Shown here one piece after another: positions 11,813-25,682 of a stretch of DNA of 64,000 bases (the first letter of the stretch is position 1; each line of letters opens with the position of its first letter). A model generated the notes under the pieces. That model worked only from the letters and a program-made list of their open reading frames with translations, was not told the DNA's origin and did not search any database. Source of the DNA: Utricularia gibba (Eukaryota > Plantae > Magnoliophyta); contig NEEC01000016.1 in the NCBI GenBank assembly GCA_002189035.1, positions 2,170,001 through 2,234,000 of the forward strand, written 5' to 3'. The position numbers were made by a program, and so were the translations under genes.

Positions 11813-13754
11813 ATGGGCGTCCCTCTTATATTTCAAGTACTTTTAGTGTGCATTAGCACTGTGTTCTTTCAAGGAGAAGCGGATCTGAGGATCCAGGATA
11901 AACAGGCCTTGCTGGATTTCATTCGTGCTGTCCCTCACTCAAGGAGGCTGAATTGGAACGAGTCAACTTCTGTTTGTGATAACTGGATGGGTATTACTTG
12001 CGGTCAGGATAATTCAGCAGTTGTAGCTCTTCATTTGCCTGGAGTTGGATTGACGGGTATCATGCCTTCTAACACCCTTAGCCGCCTTTCCAATCTTCAA
12101 GTATTGAGTTTGAGATCAAACCATCTTGGTGGTCCCTTTCCTTCTGATCTTTTGAAACTTGGGAACTTGATTGGCGTTTATCTTCAGGGGAACAACTTTC
12201 AGGGTCCCTTGCCAACAGAATTCCCAGACTGGGGAAACCTTTCCGTCCTAAATTTGTCTGGCAATCACTTCAATGGGAGTATTCCTCATGCCATATCTGA
12301 CTTGAGGCGTTTGACTGTCTTGGATCTTGCTAATAATGCACTTTCTGGGTTTATTCCTGATGTCAACATTCACAACCTACAGTTTTTGGACTTGTCCAAC
12401 AATGATCTTACCGGAGTTGTGCCCAAATCGCTTCTTCGATTTCCGCCTAGTTCCTTTTCGGGCAACGATGTTTCGTTTGAGACCTCCCGGTCTCCTCCTC
12501 CTCCACCTACAACGCCAACACCAAGGCACTTTAAGTTCAGCTTGGCAACAATTCTAGGAATTGTTATCGGAGGCTCGGTTGTGGCGTTTGCCTTGATCTC
12601 TGCACTGATGATTATTGCTGCAAACCAGAAGAATAGCGAGAAAAAGCGGATGATTTCTGAGCCAAGGGATGGGAAGGGAAAGCTCACATTCCTTGAGGGT
12701 GAAGCGTTCAGTCCACCAGCATTCGATCTGGAAGATCTGCTGAGAGCTTCTGCTCAAGTCCTCGGGAAGGGGACATTCGGTGTTGCATACAAGGCTACAC
12801 TGGAGGATGGAATAACAGTTGCAGTGAAGCGATTGAGTGACTTGAGTGTGAGCAAGAAGGACTTCGAGCAGCAGATGGAAGTAGCTGGAAAGATTAAGGA
12901 TGAGAATTTGGCACCCATACGAGCGTTTTACTACTCAAGAGATGAAAAGGTCATCGTCTACGACTACCACGTCCGAGGAAGCGTCTCTGCACTGCTGCAT
13001 GGTACATCAGAAGCCATGCCTTGTTATTTGGCAGTCCACGAATGTGTATACACAGCTAATGATCTCATCATGCATCGCAGGAAAACACGGGCACAGGCAG
13101 GTTTTAGACTGGGAAACGAGAATGAAGATAGCCATTGGTGCAGCCAGGGGCTTAGCACACATTCACTCACAGTGTGGTGGGAAACTCGTTCATGGGAACA
13201 TAAAAGCCGCAAACATATTCCTCAACCCACAAGGATACGGCTGCATCTCCGATTTCGGCTTAGCGACATTAACAACGTCAACTGCTCCTCGAAAACTCCG
13301 AATCTCAGGCTACCGTGCCCCCGAGATTACGGACAACAAATCCACTCAAGCATCAGATGTCTACAGCTTTGGAGTTGTTCTCCTTGAACTCCTCACAGGG
13401 AAGTCCCCAGTGCCAACACATGGAGTGGAGGAGGTAGCCAACCTGGTGAGATGGGTTCAATCCGTGGTTCATGAAGAATGGACGGGTGAAGTGTTCGATG
13501 TCGAACTACTGAAATACCCGAACATCGAAGAGGACATGGTGGCAACACTGCAGATAGGTCTGAGCTGTGTGGCCAGGGTGCCAGACCAGAGGCCAAGAAT
13601 GAGTCAAGTGCTCAGAATGCTTGAGGAACTTAGAAGCTTGGAATCCCCAAGTTCAACTCAGACTCCAACCCCACCCCGGAACGCCGGTGATGATGCAGCA
13701 GCAGCAGCAGGACCCTCTGGTCATCATCATCATGATCTTGGTTACGACGCCTAG
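11813..13754 (+). CDS. LRR receptor-like kinase subfamily III (At4g23740/At5g53320-like), probable pseudokinase; exons 11813-13001 and 13081-13754
   Basis: Signal peptide, LRRNT (DKQALLDF...LNW...C..W.GITC), about 5 LRRs, Pro-rich stalk, TM helix, FDLEDLLRASAQVLGKG, VAVKRL, HGNIK in place of HRD, DFG. GT-AG intron 13002-13080 restores the frame (LLH G|KHG). Confidence 0.95.
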
Positions 13755-14939
13755 TTAGTTGGTAGTTGGTAGTTGGTGTAGGTCGTGTTGGTTAGTCATT
13801 GCAGTCGGTTGTTAATTGTGTATATGGAGGGGCCCCCAGTGGCTACTGCATGCAGGAAGTATAACACAATGGTACAACTAATTTGAGCAAAGTATTAAAA
13901 AAGTGCTAAAGTTTTAAAAATGGTTCATATTGTTTTACTGTTCAAAAATTCTGAGACAATGCTAAAATTAGTCATTATTGTTTAGTCCTCAAAAATTAGT
14001 GCCTATTGTCTACGTGAAACAATTTAGCATAAATGGATATTATTAGTACATAACTGTTTAAAAAATTGGTAAAATTAGTCTCTATAATGTTTTTATATCA
14101 ACACCTCACCCGATTTCATAACACTTTTTCTAAACCAGATAACCTTTTTGTCTAACCACATTTCACCATGTTCCGTCACACTTGACAACACCCGGAAGAA
14201 CATTATTATACCATGTAAGATGTAATAATGCACCTCATCTAGTAGGCATGCACACATTTAAACCTTGGAGCCACGCGGTGTAATGTCAAAGTTTGCTCTC
14301 ATGCATTACACGGGCACTATGTCCACTTGATAGTTGTGTGCGGGTTTGTGGCGCGCCAAAGCCAGGCCAAAGGCAGCTTCGGGCTCCGGCTAAGTGAAGT
14401 AGGTGCCCACCTATCCACGGCTTACCGGGGATCTTCCTCAATCGGGTCAGGCATTAACTCCCATGTGCTTAGGTGTTGGTGAAGAAGTGAGTGTGCGTGT
14501 GTGGTTCACCATGCGCATTGCTAGACAAAAGGAGGGCTATGGCCTCACTCTTACTTCAACTCCAAAAAGTACTACAATAGTCCCATTCCATACAACTAAA
14601 CAATCCCACAATACATAAGTTGGGATTCTAGTACTATGATGCTAATGAAGGCCTCTATGACTGCTCTTGCCTGGTCACTCCACATCCCCCTATGACGATT
14701 GTGTCCAAGTTATCTAAAAAGTTGGGCTTTTTTCGATAGTTTGATATCAAGTGTCACCATCTCAATATTAGCCTGCTAATCTTTTATAAGGAAGAGGTGT
14801 TCTTGGAGGCACTTAGTTCCCTCCCTTAGAGTGTCATGTGCCTCCTAGAGAAAAATGATGCCTTTTGAAATAATTGGATATCTAACGTTGTCACCTTATT
14901 TTCTTTTTATATCTTCTCCATTTATAACTAGGAGGATGT

Positions 14940-15010
14940 CCTCAAAGGGTCGCTTGACTGCTCTAGGGTGCATTGTGGCTTGTCGGGATGCCCTGTGCCC
15001 ATATGCCATG
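14940..15010 (+). mobile_element. Possible MULE transposase remnant (SWIM zinc finger)
   Basis: Reads LWLVGMPCAHM, resembling the C.C..WQL.GIPC.HA SWIM motif. The surrounding sequence is too decayed to confirm. Confidence 0.3.
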
Positions 15011-15251
15011 TCATGTGGCCAGCCATATACCACAACGCACTCATGAGATTCCCAAAATAGGATTGCTTATTTGTCATACAAAAACCCCCATACACACCCC
15101 ATTGGTCGATTCCTAAAAAGCCCTCCCTTGCATGCTACGTCTTGCCCAATCTCTCAATGCCGCCATCCGCTACTCCGCTCCATGCACTCCACGGTCATGT
15201 CCACCCAGCCTAACACATTTGAATGAATCCAGACAACGAGTCAATCCTTCC

Positions 15252-15699
15252 TAGATGAATGATGGGTTTAACCAACAAAAACTAACTCGTGAACCGTATG
15301 GGTCAGACTTATTGGGGCATGGGTTGAACCTCAAAAGCAACTCAAATATATGTTATCTTATTTAACTTTTGACCTTAAAAATATATTTTATACTCTTGTA
15401 TATATTATAATATTAATTTTATAAGTATTAATATTTAATTATTTAATACAATTTAATATAGCATTTCAAAAATAAGTTTAAAAAAAATATGTTTTTTTTC
15501 AAACTCATGTCCCGATCCAATCTATGGACTCAAGAATGTATGATTGGCCCATAGCTTGGTCCGGGTTTGTTTGAAATCTATGGAGCCGATCTCCAAATGG
15601 GTCCAAATTATATTTTATCTCATGAGTTGGCAAACCCAAATGGCCTGATCCATAATCGACATGGGCCCAACTCATGCCCATCACTGCCATCCGTCCCTA
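15252..15699. mobile_element. Possible hAT-derived MITE
   Basis: Right end GCCCATCACTGCCATCCGTCCCTA resembles the reverse complement of hAT TAGGGATGGCAATGGG. GGCCC/AACCC-rich subtermini flank an AT-rich core; the left TIR is degenerate and no TSD was found. Confidence 0.35.
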
Positions 15700-16899
15700 C
15701 AAGGAATAAAGGATTAGTGCCCCTATATGACTTGCTTCTTGCTCAGTGTATACTATTACTCGACATCCTTGAGTGTGTCGTGACCGGGATTAGGAAACAA
15801 GTAAATAGTGTGCCATGGAACAAGATCCCCACCAAAAGCAGATCACATCGAATAGCAATGTTGGTGAAGGTGCACGAGATGTGGGAAGCCATATCACATT
15901 CTTGTTGTTTTGAAAAGGGGCTCGTTGGAAATCGTGGATCGTTGCGTGTCGAGGCGAGATGTTGCACATGGCTGGCGGAGGTCAATCCCACAACAATGGT
16001 TCAAAAGAGGACAATCCCACCCGAGCCAGCGAGAGAGGAGAGAGGAGGTTTTTGATGGGGGCACTTTGGGAAGAAGTGATCCTAGCACAGGTGGGAGTCA
16101 CGCGGATATGGAAAGGTAAGGGGGGGGGGGTGCCATTAAGACCAAAGGTTCATTTGAGCAACGAACCCAAAGGGTGGGGCTCGGTCCTCGAGGTTGGCGG
16201 CAACTCGACAACATTGTTGGGGAATGGAAGTCTTGAGCCCAAAAGTGTAATGATCGTGTCTAGGAACAAGTTAGAGCGCGATAGTCAAGTGAAACCCCTA
16301 CCGTTATTCGAGCACGCACCAACTAGGAAGGCTAGTGGAGGCACCCGGACACGGAAGTTTTGTTGCAAACGTCACAATGCAAGGGAGCTCATGGGTGTGT
16401 GCGGGCATGCATGGCGAGTTGTGGGCAGGTGCAAGTAGGTGCTGCATGTTGAGGAAGGGCTGCACGCAAGGCTGACTAAAGCAGAGGGGGGAGGGAAGAA
16501 AGAGAAAGGGGTGAGCAAATAGGGATTGGGCAAAATCACATCTTCACTTGTTTAACTCTAGCGACACTTAGATGCTTTGGGGGGAAATTAGGGCTCAATT
16601 GATCAATACTGAAAACAAGTGGAAAAATCAAGAGGGTAACATCGATGGGTCATTCAAGCAAGAAGGAGCTGTGATACAAGCATGTGCAAAGGTAAGGGGT
16701 TTGTGAGGAATGTCCATGAGTTGGGCTAGAGGTCGAGCCTAAGGGTGAGGCCATAACTTGGCCGAGTTTTGGCCACAACTCGATCTCTACCAGAGTCATG
16801 GAAGCCTAGAGCCCTTGAAGGTAGGGTCATGGCTGAGACCCCACTACCGACAATAACGCAAGTTGCTTGTGGGATATGCACCCAAGGGTCCTTCGGGCT

Positions 16900-18900
16900 G
16901 AATGTTTAATCCATGTGTGTGTGATGCTGATGGTGGAAATTCTACCATGACTAACCCCTTACTACTCATGTGCAAGTTTAGTGTCAGGGCATGCTACTAT
17001 GGATGCTGAGGAGAGGGTGCCGACGAGGTAGATCATGGCTAGCGGCGCATCAGAAGTCATGGTTTATCACATCTCATTTTGGTGTTTTTGGTGAGGTGGA
17101 TTCCCAATATGTAAACTAGAAGGGAAGTTTGTATTTGGATTATGCTTTTTAATGCGATTTTTGATAAATCGCTAGCCCAATCATGTTCATTAGGAACATT
17201 TCCCTGGTCGTTCCCAAGTGTGTAGTGCGCAATGGGTCGAGGAGGATGGTAGCATTTTCGATCAATGGGCTCTTGATGTGGGGAGTTACACACAAGGGGA
17301 GGGGGTCGAAATGAGTACCTCAATCAGATCTCTTTATTGATGACAACACAAGTCACCATGGGATGTGTGTTGAGAGACCTATGGGTCTTGCTTTTTCTAG
17401 TTCATTTGAGTAATTGGGGGAAATCTATCATGGGCTAATCCTCTTGCTTGTGTGTCGGTCAAGAGGTAGAGCGACTTGGCATAGACAATGTGGAAGAGGT
17501 AATGATTGGGTAAATCAAGATGAGTAGGTTGCCAAAAGTCATGGATTTTCTAGTATTTCAAACTAAGTGTCGTAGGTGTATAATCCCCACACCGGTACTA
17601 TCAAACTCAACTTTTTGAAGTATGCTTTTGAACGACTTTCGGCAGATTGCAAGTCCTAACTAAGATATCCAAATTAACCCTTTGGTGGCATCAAGCATGC
17701 GGTGCATGAGGCAGTCAGAAGGGTAGTGATGGATCCTTTGATTGAGGGAAAAAGTTGGGCCAATGAGTGTGGTGGCTCCATGAGTGGAGTAGGCCCTACT
17801 TGTGAGCTATGTGGTGATTCAATCACTATGTGTTTCAAGGGATCCCTTCCCTCTTTGTTCTGGTAACTCTCATTCCAATCAAGAGTCTTCTCATTGCTGA
17901 ACTCCTTGTATTTTTACTACGACGGTGAGCTCAAGGAAAATGCCCACTAGTAATCTCTACAACTTTAGTATGGGGGTCTTCTTCCAATTTTTCGCTTTTC
18001 CTTGCATGAGCATGAGCCTTCTACTTAGACTATGTGTAACTACATTGGCTGTTTCAAGATGGTACTTTACCTCGCATTTGTTTTCTTTAATAAGTTCCAT
18101 CCATCTCTGTTAATGCAGATACGCCTCCTTCATGAATAATACCTTAAGGCTTTGGTGGTTAATATAGAGCTTGCATGCGCTCTACTACCATGTGCCAATC
18201 ACTCATGGTATAACTACAACTTGACATCCTTTATCAAAATCCTTTGGGTAGTCATTATGTTGAAGCAATCGACCCATCATTTGTCGTGCGAGTGGCAACT
18301 AGGCCTCACAGCTACCAACATTGGTCATGACGCTTCTATGCTTGTATCATGATATTGCCACTACGGGTGTCAACTACAACCTCAAATATCAATTGCCCTT
18401 GTTCTTCTAAGCTTATGATTGGCTTGTTGCCAAGAGCATCAATTGTCACTTCAAATTTTGTCATTGCTCCATAATGAGTGAAATGTCTCGCCATCACCCC
18501 ACAGTGGATGATATAGCTTGGAACGTCCATCAGTCAAGTCCCTTAGTGCCTTGATGCAATTAGTCCCAACATGCTCACTAGCTAACCCTTTATTGCATCA
18601 TGGTGTAGCTTCGATCGATTGCTTCTCTGTTAATGTCCCAAGTGCACAGCCTCACCTTCTTCCACATGCCCCATCACACCATGTCCATTTATATTTCGGT
18701 TTTGCATGTGCATTGAATTGTGTGCCTCTACGCACCATCAGCACTCTTGCCATTCAATATTCTATTGGCATGTGTCACCTCTTGTCGTGCTCCTACATGT
18801 TACTACACTATCACCCATCATTAGGTAGTCTTGAATACTCTACCCTTATGTGGGTAACTCTTGCATACATCACTCTCTTTGACAATACCATGACCACTAT
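16900..18900 (-). mobile_element. Highly degenerate Ty3/Gypsy pol (RNase H and integrase)
   Basis: Minus strand reads CKLYINHQSLR...QRWMELIKENKCEVKYHL.ETANVVTHSLSRR at about 18020-18180 (canonical YTDHKSLKY...RWMELIKDYD..I.YHPGKANVVADALSRK). Integrase-like remnants lie downstream; there are many stops. Confidence 0.7.
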
Positions 18901-19141
18901 GTACAAGACAAGGAAGTAGATTAGTCCTAATTCACTTGAATTACTCATAACCCACCCCACGATTACTACTCAAGGGAAAACTATGACTTTGTTGATGATA
19001 TACCATATTGACAAAAAGCAATTTATAAAATACCAGATTTTTTATTTAGTTTGTGAAATACCCCTTGTCACTTTTTCAAAAGTGTGATATTTGATCATTA
19101 GACGTTATTTGAATCGTGTAATTCTCTTTAGGGGTGGTAGC

Positions 19142-22100
19142 TAAAAGTAAAAGAGGTTTTTGTTTAGATTTTTTTTTTTAAACAGATTTAGAGAACATAG
19201 TTACAGTCATTATTTATAGACAAGACCTATTGACTACTTCCTAATTTTCACTCAAAAATATTCATTGCCTACTCTAGCAGTCTAGGAAAACTAAAGTGGG
19301 CCTTGATTCTCATCTCTCTTGCTAGACTTATCACCTTGGGCTTTCTTTTACTGATCTTATTGCTCGAGTGCTCCACATCAAGACCTGCTTCTTTTTCAGA
19401 GTTCAGAGATTGGTTCTAGCAGCAACTCTTCCTTAGTCGAGGGCCTTGTGAGTTGGAGGCAATGACAAACACCAATATTCAACACTCCCTTGTGATGCTT
19501 TCCCTCTAATCCAACTTCCAGGCCTCCTAAATCTCTTTCCCTTTGGTAAATTTCGAGACCCATTTCGGAGCGGTGTTCATTGAAGGATTTTGGATACAAG
19601 AGCTCAGTCAGCAAGTCTGCACTTGTTCCCCAACGGTATGTCGATAAGTCGTATTACCTTCTCAACAACATAATCTCGGATTACATGGAATTTGTTCTAA
19701 ATATGCTTCATTCTCCCAAAAGTCTTGCCATGCTAATCGCTGATTTATTGCCCACATAAAGGTTTATAGGTTCTACTAGTTTCATCCCTAGATCTTCCAT
19801 GATTTTTGTGATCCACACAGCTTGGTTTCCAGCAACAACTGCTACCATATAATCCACTTCACCCATAGACTATGCTGTTACCTTCTATTTTCTGCGTTAC
19901 AAAGAGATTAGGACCTATCTTGAATATGAAGCTGCTCATTGATCTCAAATCAGCATGTGAACCTATCACAGAAACCTTGGATTTTCAGTTTAGTACCTTT
20001 TTGATAGCTCAATGCATAGTTCACTGAGCTATTCAGATATTTTAAGACATGTTTAGCACAATCAAGATGCAAAGTATTGGGTTGAGTCATGAACCTAGAA
20101 AGGTAGGCTATCGTAAAATTGATGTTTGGTCTTGTTACATACGTGAACCAATCAAACTTTTGTATAGACTCTCATCTAATGGTTTTCTAGGAAACATTTT
20201 GGATGGCTTAGCATTTGGAGATAGTGGTAAATAAGCATACTTTGAATCCTGTAAATTGTATTTCTTTATCGATTATCTTGTGTACTTCCTTTGCGAGAGA
20301 TATATGCCAGTTTGGATAATTTCCATTCCCAAGAAGTATGATAATTTTCCCAAATCTTTCATTTCAAAGGTTTTCATTTGTTTTTCTTTGCATTCCTGAA
20401 TCAGTATAATGCTGCTGTCGGCTATGAGGATATCATCCACATATAAGGACACAATTACTTTTCCATTCTCTTGCTTGTCTAGAACATACATTGTTTGATC
20501 GCTTTTACTTTTGATGAAGCCTTGTTTCTGGAAAAATCATTTATTTTGTTGTACCACTCTCTAGGTGCTTGCTTGAGGCTACAGAGAGCTTTGTGAAGTT
20601 TCTAATAGTTTTTTTTTCTTCTTCTCTGATTATGGAACTTGGGGTTGTTCTATGTATATCTCCTCTTGTAAATCACCATTGAGAAATGCACATTTCACAT
20701 CCAGGTGGTACAACTCCTAGTTGATGCATGCTGCAACAGCAAGCAATATTTTCATTGTGCCTAGTCTAGCTATCGGGGAAAATGTTTCATTGTAGTCAAT
20801 TTCCTTCTTTTGTGAGTAGCCTCTAACTACTAGCTTTGTTTTTGAATTTATTTAGTGAACCATATGCATTTAATTTGCTTCTGAAAACCCACTTCACACC
20901 AATTACCTTTGGTTTTTCTACTAGAGTCCAAGTTTTGTTTTTGTAGATCATGCTGAGCTCCTCCTCCATTGCCTCTCTCTAGTTTGGATGAGCTAGTGCC
21001 AAGCTCATTGAGTTTGGGCCATATATCATTGAACAAGTTTCATAACAATCTTGTAGATTTCTCCTTTTTCTAGCTGAAGTATAGCTATAGCTTTCCTCAA
21101 AACTTGAATATGTGTTTTCATCATCATTCCTTTTTTGATTTGTAGAGGATAGCAAATCATATGTTTTATTATTTTCTCAAGTATTCTTGGACCCTTCAGA
21201 TTTTATAGAATTCTCACTGATTGCTCCCCTAGAATTTGGAAAACTCAACACAAGTTGATTCAAAGCTATATGCTAGATTGCTGAAGTGCTATAGGTGCCC
21301 ATAGAGGAGGGTACAACCAAATTCTGACCTTGATCTTGTTGAGGGAACAATGCATCCAGAGACACTGATATGCTCTAAGAGATTAATTATTGTTCTATGT
21401 TTCAATCCCTACGTAGATTCTTGTATACAAGAATATCCCTTGAGAGTTGTATTCTACAGGTCTTTGGATTCCATACCCAATATGTCTTTGAAGTGTCACT
21501 ATATCCCATTAGCAGCCTTGTTTCTGCCTTGTTTTGCAGTTTATTTCACTGTTCAGCTAGAATGTGAAAATACTAAACACTACCAAATATTCGAAGGTGA
21601 TTAAGGGATGGTTCACACTCAAAACCATTATGTGAAAGGTATCTCCTACATCTCATTTCCCTTGTAGGTGCTATGTTGAGTAGGTAGAGTGTAGTGTTTA
21701 TTGCTTCAACCTAGAAACAAGATGGAACTCCCATTTCAAATAGTAAACAGCGAGCCATCTCCATAATTGTTCAGTTTCATCTTGCAATGATCCCGTTTTG
21801 CTCCATAATTGTAGGTAGTGAACTAATAAACAATGCCGGCTTCTGCACATGTGAGTCGCAGTTCATGTGTGGAATACTCTCTCCCATTATCCATTCTCAA
21901 ATATTTAATCTTCAATTGGCTCTGATTTTCCACTTGATTTTTCCAGCTCTTGAAGATTTCACTTACTTGGAATCTGCTACTCATGAAGAATACTGATGAG
22001 TGTTGTTTTCACAACAAATTTTAATATTTTTAAAACTCGTAAAATACAAAAGCGTAGTATGGGTGTCGAACACAAGGAGTTGTTTTTCAGTGAATGATGA

Positions 22101-25100
22101 GGTTACACCGAATACAACTATCACAAGTGGTAAATGATTTTGGAAGTAAAGGTGCCAGAAACGTAAATGATGAAGCTTGAAGAAGGGAATAAGAGGGGTT
22201 TTGAACAGACAATTGAAATAAACATAAGCGATGAACCTTAAATAAAGTGAATGTTCCTGGGTTAGGAATTATGTCCAGCTATGTTCGTTGTGTCTTCACT
22301 CTTCTCTGGTCTTCTCGAGTACTCGGTTATACGAGTAAGGGATTGCCTACCCTTCCTTACACTCTCTTGCAAGAAGGCACAAGAATAGTCCGATGTTTCT
22401 CCTCCTTGGACGAACGTGAGAATAAGAGTTCAATCCAGCGTACCCTCACGGCCAAATTGCGCATGTGCCCAGTGTTGCCAATGACCCAATGAGTCCAGAT
22501 ACGAGGCCATTACCTGTCCATTGATCCTGAGGTATGGCCACATACAAAACGTTGTCTTCCTCCTGTCAAAAGGGTACGAGTTCGTGCTCTCCACCTTGCT
22601 CCTCTCCAAAACTCGCGAGTAATGATCAGTTAACCATGAATCTTGAATAAGGGGACTGTTACAGAAAGACTGCAACATAGTCGTGTGAAGACATACAGAA
22701 CCCGTTCAAATTCAAAGAAGACATGAAGATAAGCTAATGAGACATATATCTGGAGGTGTCCCAACCCAAAAACGGAAGATTCTAGCTGCGAACGACCATA
22801 CAAACTAAAGGAAACGAAGACAAGGCTCTAGAGAGAAGTTAGAGGAAAATCCTCTAGAGAGAGAAACAAAAGTCTAAACTAAACTGAAAGTAAAAGCAAA
22901 CTTGTCCGAACTGAACTAAGCTGAACTATTTTGTCTGAGATTTCATGTTCCTCTGGTTTTGTTGGACTAGAGTGACTTGCAAGCAAATGTCTGCTTTGAC
23001 ACTGGTACGCTAATGATTTCGCCTGTCAAAGAGTCTCGTGTTCTGCACGTCAAGGCTCATGATTAGACATCTACAGTCTTCCGGAAATCAAGGGAGTGTT
23101 AGCTCGGGAAGATCCATTTTGTCGCCATCTGCTGCCCTCTTTCTCTCACTTCCTGCCACATGTGCGCCTCTAGAAAAACTCAATTAAAACTAGCAAAATT
23201 ATTAGATAAAATACAAGATTTAGTATAATTATCCCAAACTAGATAAAAACCTAAATCTTATATTATAGACTCCTAATTAGACATTTCGAATCACAATTAA
23301 GCATAAAAACAACCTAAGAAATAATAAGAAAATGACACTTAATAAATACCCAAGCATACTTTGTGAAGTCATTGACAAAGAGCACAAAGTATTTATTTCC
23401 TACTAGAGTAAGCGTAGGTAGGGTTCCATAGATGTCTGAGAGAATTAGTTCCAACTTTTGAGTGCCTTTCCAGGAGGCTAGATCAAATGGTAACTGATGC
23501 ATTTTCGCTTGTTGACATAGCTCACACACACATCTAGACTACATGTTTAGATAGCCAAATCTCCTATGCCATAGTTCAGCATTAGTAGCAAGAAGACAAT
23601 GTCCTTTGAGTGATGAATTTTCGTCTTCCTTTTCTCTTTTTTTTCTATTGAGTCACCTACATTTTTGAACAGCATTGGAAACACACGGTTAGCCATAGTA
23701 ATGTATAAAATTTTTTTACCAAACAGTGTTGAAATGCTGCAAGCTTCATGATCAAACAGCATTTTATAATGCCACTCTAGCAATGTGCCTACACTTAGCA
23801 AATTTTGGCTTGCTTGAGGTACATAGTAGGCTTCTTTAATGGTGGATGTAGTTGAGGCTGTTGATATGCACACATTTCCAACATCTTGTACTTGAATTCC
23901 TTTTCCATCTGCAATGGTTACCTCTTTATGTTTAATGCCTTGTAACAGGAGAATAATGTTAGATCGTTGCATATGTGATTGCTGCAACCACTGTCAACGA
24001 GCCAGAGATCTTGTGAGTTGGTTGCAGTAAAAGCTTTGATTATGTAATTTTTCCTCAAGAGATAAAGATCAATGTTTGGTTTATTTATTTTAGTTGTCAA
24101 GGATTGCTTCATATCAGCCACGAGTTGGGAAATTAGGTCAGCATCTATGTTAACCATGGCTTTTCCTTGGTTTTTCATGCATGGGCAAACTCGATCAACA
24201 TGTCTTCTTTCACCGCAGAAGGAGTATACAACATCAAGATTCTAGAAACAATCCTGGAGGATGTGGCATTTGCACTTGCAATTGATGCACACTTTGGTTT
24301 TTTTTTTCAACATCAGGGTAAGTGCCTTCCTCCTTGTTTGTTCTCGTTCTCTTATTGGACTCCTTTTGAACTGCTATGAATGCCCCTTCTTTATTGATAA
24401 TAGCTTCTCTATTGAGGATATCTTGATGTGTGTTGGATAGGGCCTCTAGAAGTTTTTGTAGGGATATAGTCTCGATTAGGCCTAATAATTTCACGAAATC
24501 CACCATTGAGGCAAGTTGGGTTGGAGCAGCACATAGGATTTTGCTTTTGAGTCTATACTCATCAAGAAGACAGCCAAGAGAGGTTAGCTGATGGATAAGA
24601 GCAATAAGCTTATCTGAGATGGTTTTGAATGACTCTTTGCTTTTTAGTGTAAGAGAGTCAATATTGAACTATGTTTGATTTATCTTTTCTCTCTCTGCCT
24701 CAGAGGTTACACCATAGCATTTTTGGAGCACTTACCATTCTTCAAAAGTGGTGTTGCAGTTTAGAATAAGTCTATAGGAATTCGGTGCAAGCCCCATACC
24801 TAGGAATGCTCTAGCTTTTGATGTCCTTAGATTTTAGTTTGTGGAGTGCTCGAGCAGAGAGGACAGCAGAGGTTGGTGAGGGAACCACAGCATCCTAGAG
24901 CTTGTGAGCTTGAAGAAAGAGGCTGATCCTTTGGTTTATACTAGTAGTGCATCAGAAGCTTGTTTTTGTTGTTATTGTTGTCAAGTGACCAGATTTGCTC
25001 CAATACCATGAAAGTAAAAGAGGATTTTGTTAAGGGTTTTTTTAAAGAACATAGTTACAGCCATTATTCATAGACAAGATCCAATCGCTAATTCCTAAGT

Positions 25101-25335
25101 TTGACCTAAAAATATCCATTGCTTACTCTAGCAGTCTAGGCAAACTGAAGTGAGCCTTGGTTCTCATCTACTTTGCTAGACTTATCACCTTGGGCTTTCA
25201 TTTAGTGATCTTATTGCTCTAGGGCTCCACATCCATATCTATTTCTCTTTCATTCAGAGATTGGTTCTAGCAGCAGCTCTTCCTCAGTCAAAGGCCTTTT
25301 GAGTTGGAGGAGATAAGAAGCATCAATATTCAATA
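19142..25335 (-). mobile_element. Full-length old Ty1/Copia element, about 4.8 kb without its nested insert
   Basis: LTRs 19142-19484 and 25009-25335 (about 80-85% identical by eye), TSD GTAGC/GTAGT, PBS TGGTATTGGAGC (24997-25008), PPT AAGGGAG. Protease WLVDSGCSNH, integrase CELCQQAK...SDIYG, RT LYVDDIL...MKDLG, RNase H. All ORFs are broken. Confidence 0.92.
21994..23344 (-). repeat. Athila-type solo LTR (1351 bp) inserted in the Copia integrase
   Basis: Perfect 5-bp TSD AATAC at 21989-21993 and 23345-23349. Removing the insert restores integrase ...TKYAWV|FFMSSRFQVSEIFKSWKNQVENQS..KIKYLRMDNGREY. Termini TATTAAGTG...CACTCATCA; Athila-like GTTCGACAC..TACTA motif near the end. Confidence 0.85.
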
Positions 25336-25598
25336 GTAGTGAAAACCAGAGCCCAGCCGAATTGTACCACAACCAAGATTGTAGATGCCGATTTCTCGAT
25401 CTCCCCTACTCCCTTGCTATTTTGTGAGAGTGCCCCCAAGCCTTCTCCAAGGGACCCTTGAACCAAGCTCCCCTCGGGTGGGTTGTATTCCATGCTTCCT
25501 TCCATGTTCATACACTACAACCCATAAACTTAGTTGCTAGTTTAGCGTACTTACCTACCGGTGGCATGAAGAAGGTTGTATCCGAATGGAGTGAACTT

Positions 25599-25682
25599 GG
25601 CTTTGATACCAAAAATGTAACGACCCAGATCCCCACCCTACCTATAAAGGAAATGTGCCGCCCGTTAGGCCTACTCATCATG
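25599..25682 (-). repeat. PBS (tRNA-iMet) plus truncated Tekay-type 5' LTR end
   Basis: GGCTTTGATACCA (reverse complement TGGTATCAAAGCC) next to TGTAACGACCC at 25616. The orientation matches the pol relic at 16.9-18.9 kb, which may be the same element. Confidence 0.6.

Noticed and set aside
11801-13387. 528-aa ORF starting at GTG as the RLK protein
   Set aside because: It reads through the 79-nt intron into a non-kinase frame. The true start is ATG 11813, and splicing restores kinase subdomains V-XI.
13885-14110. Left TIR of a large MULE
   Set aside because: It starts like a MULE TIR (GAGCAAAGT), but no matching inverted end or TSD could be found.
16120-16130. G11 run and G-rich stretch as a functional G-quadruplex
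   Set aside because: A single run inside decayed retrotransposon DNA with no four-tract pattern.
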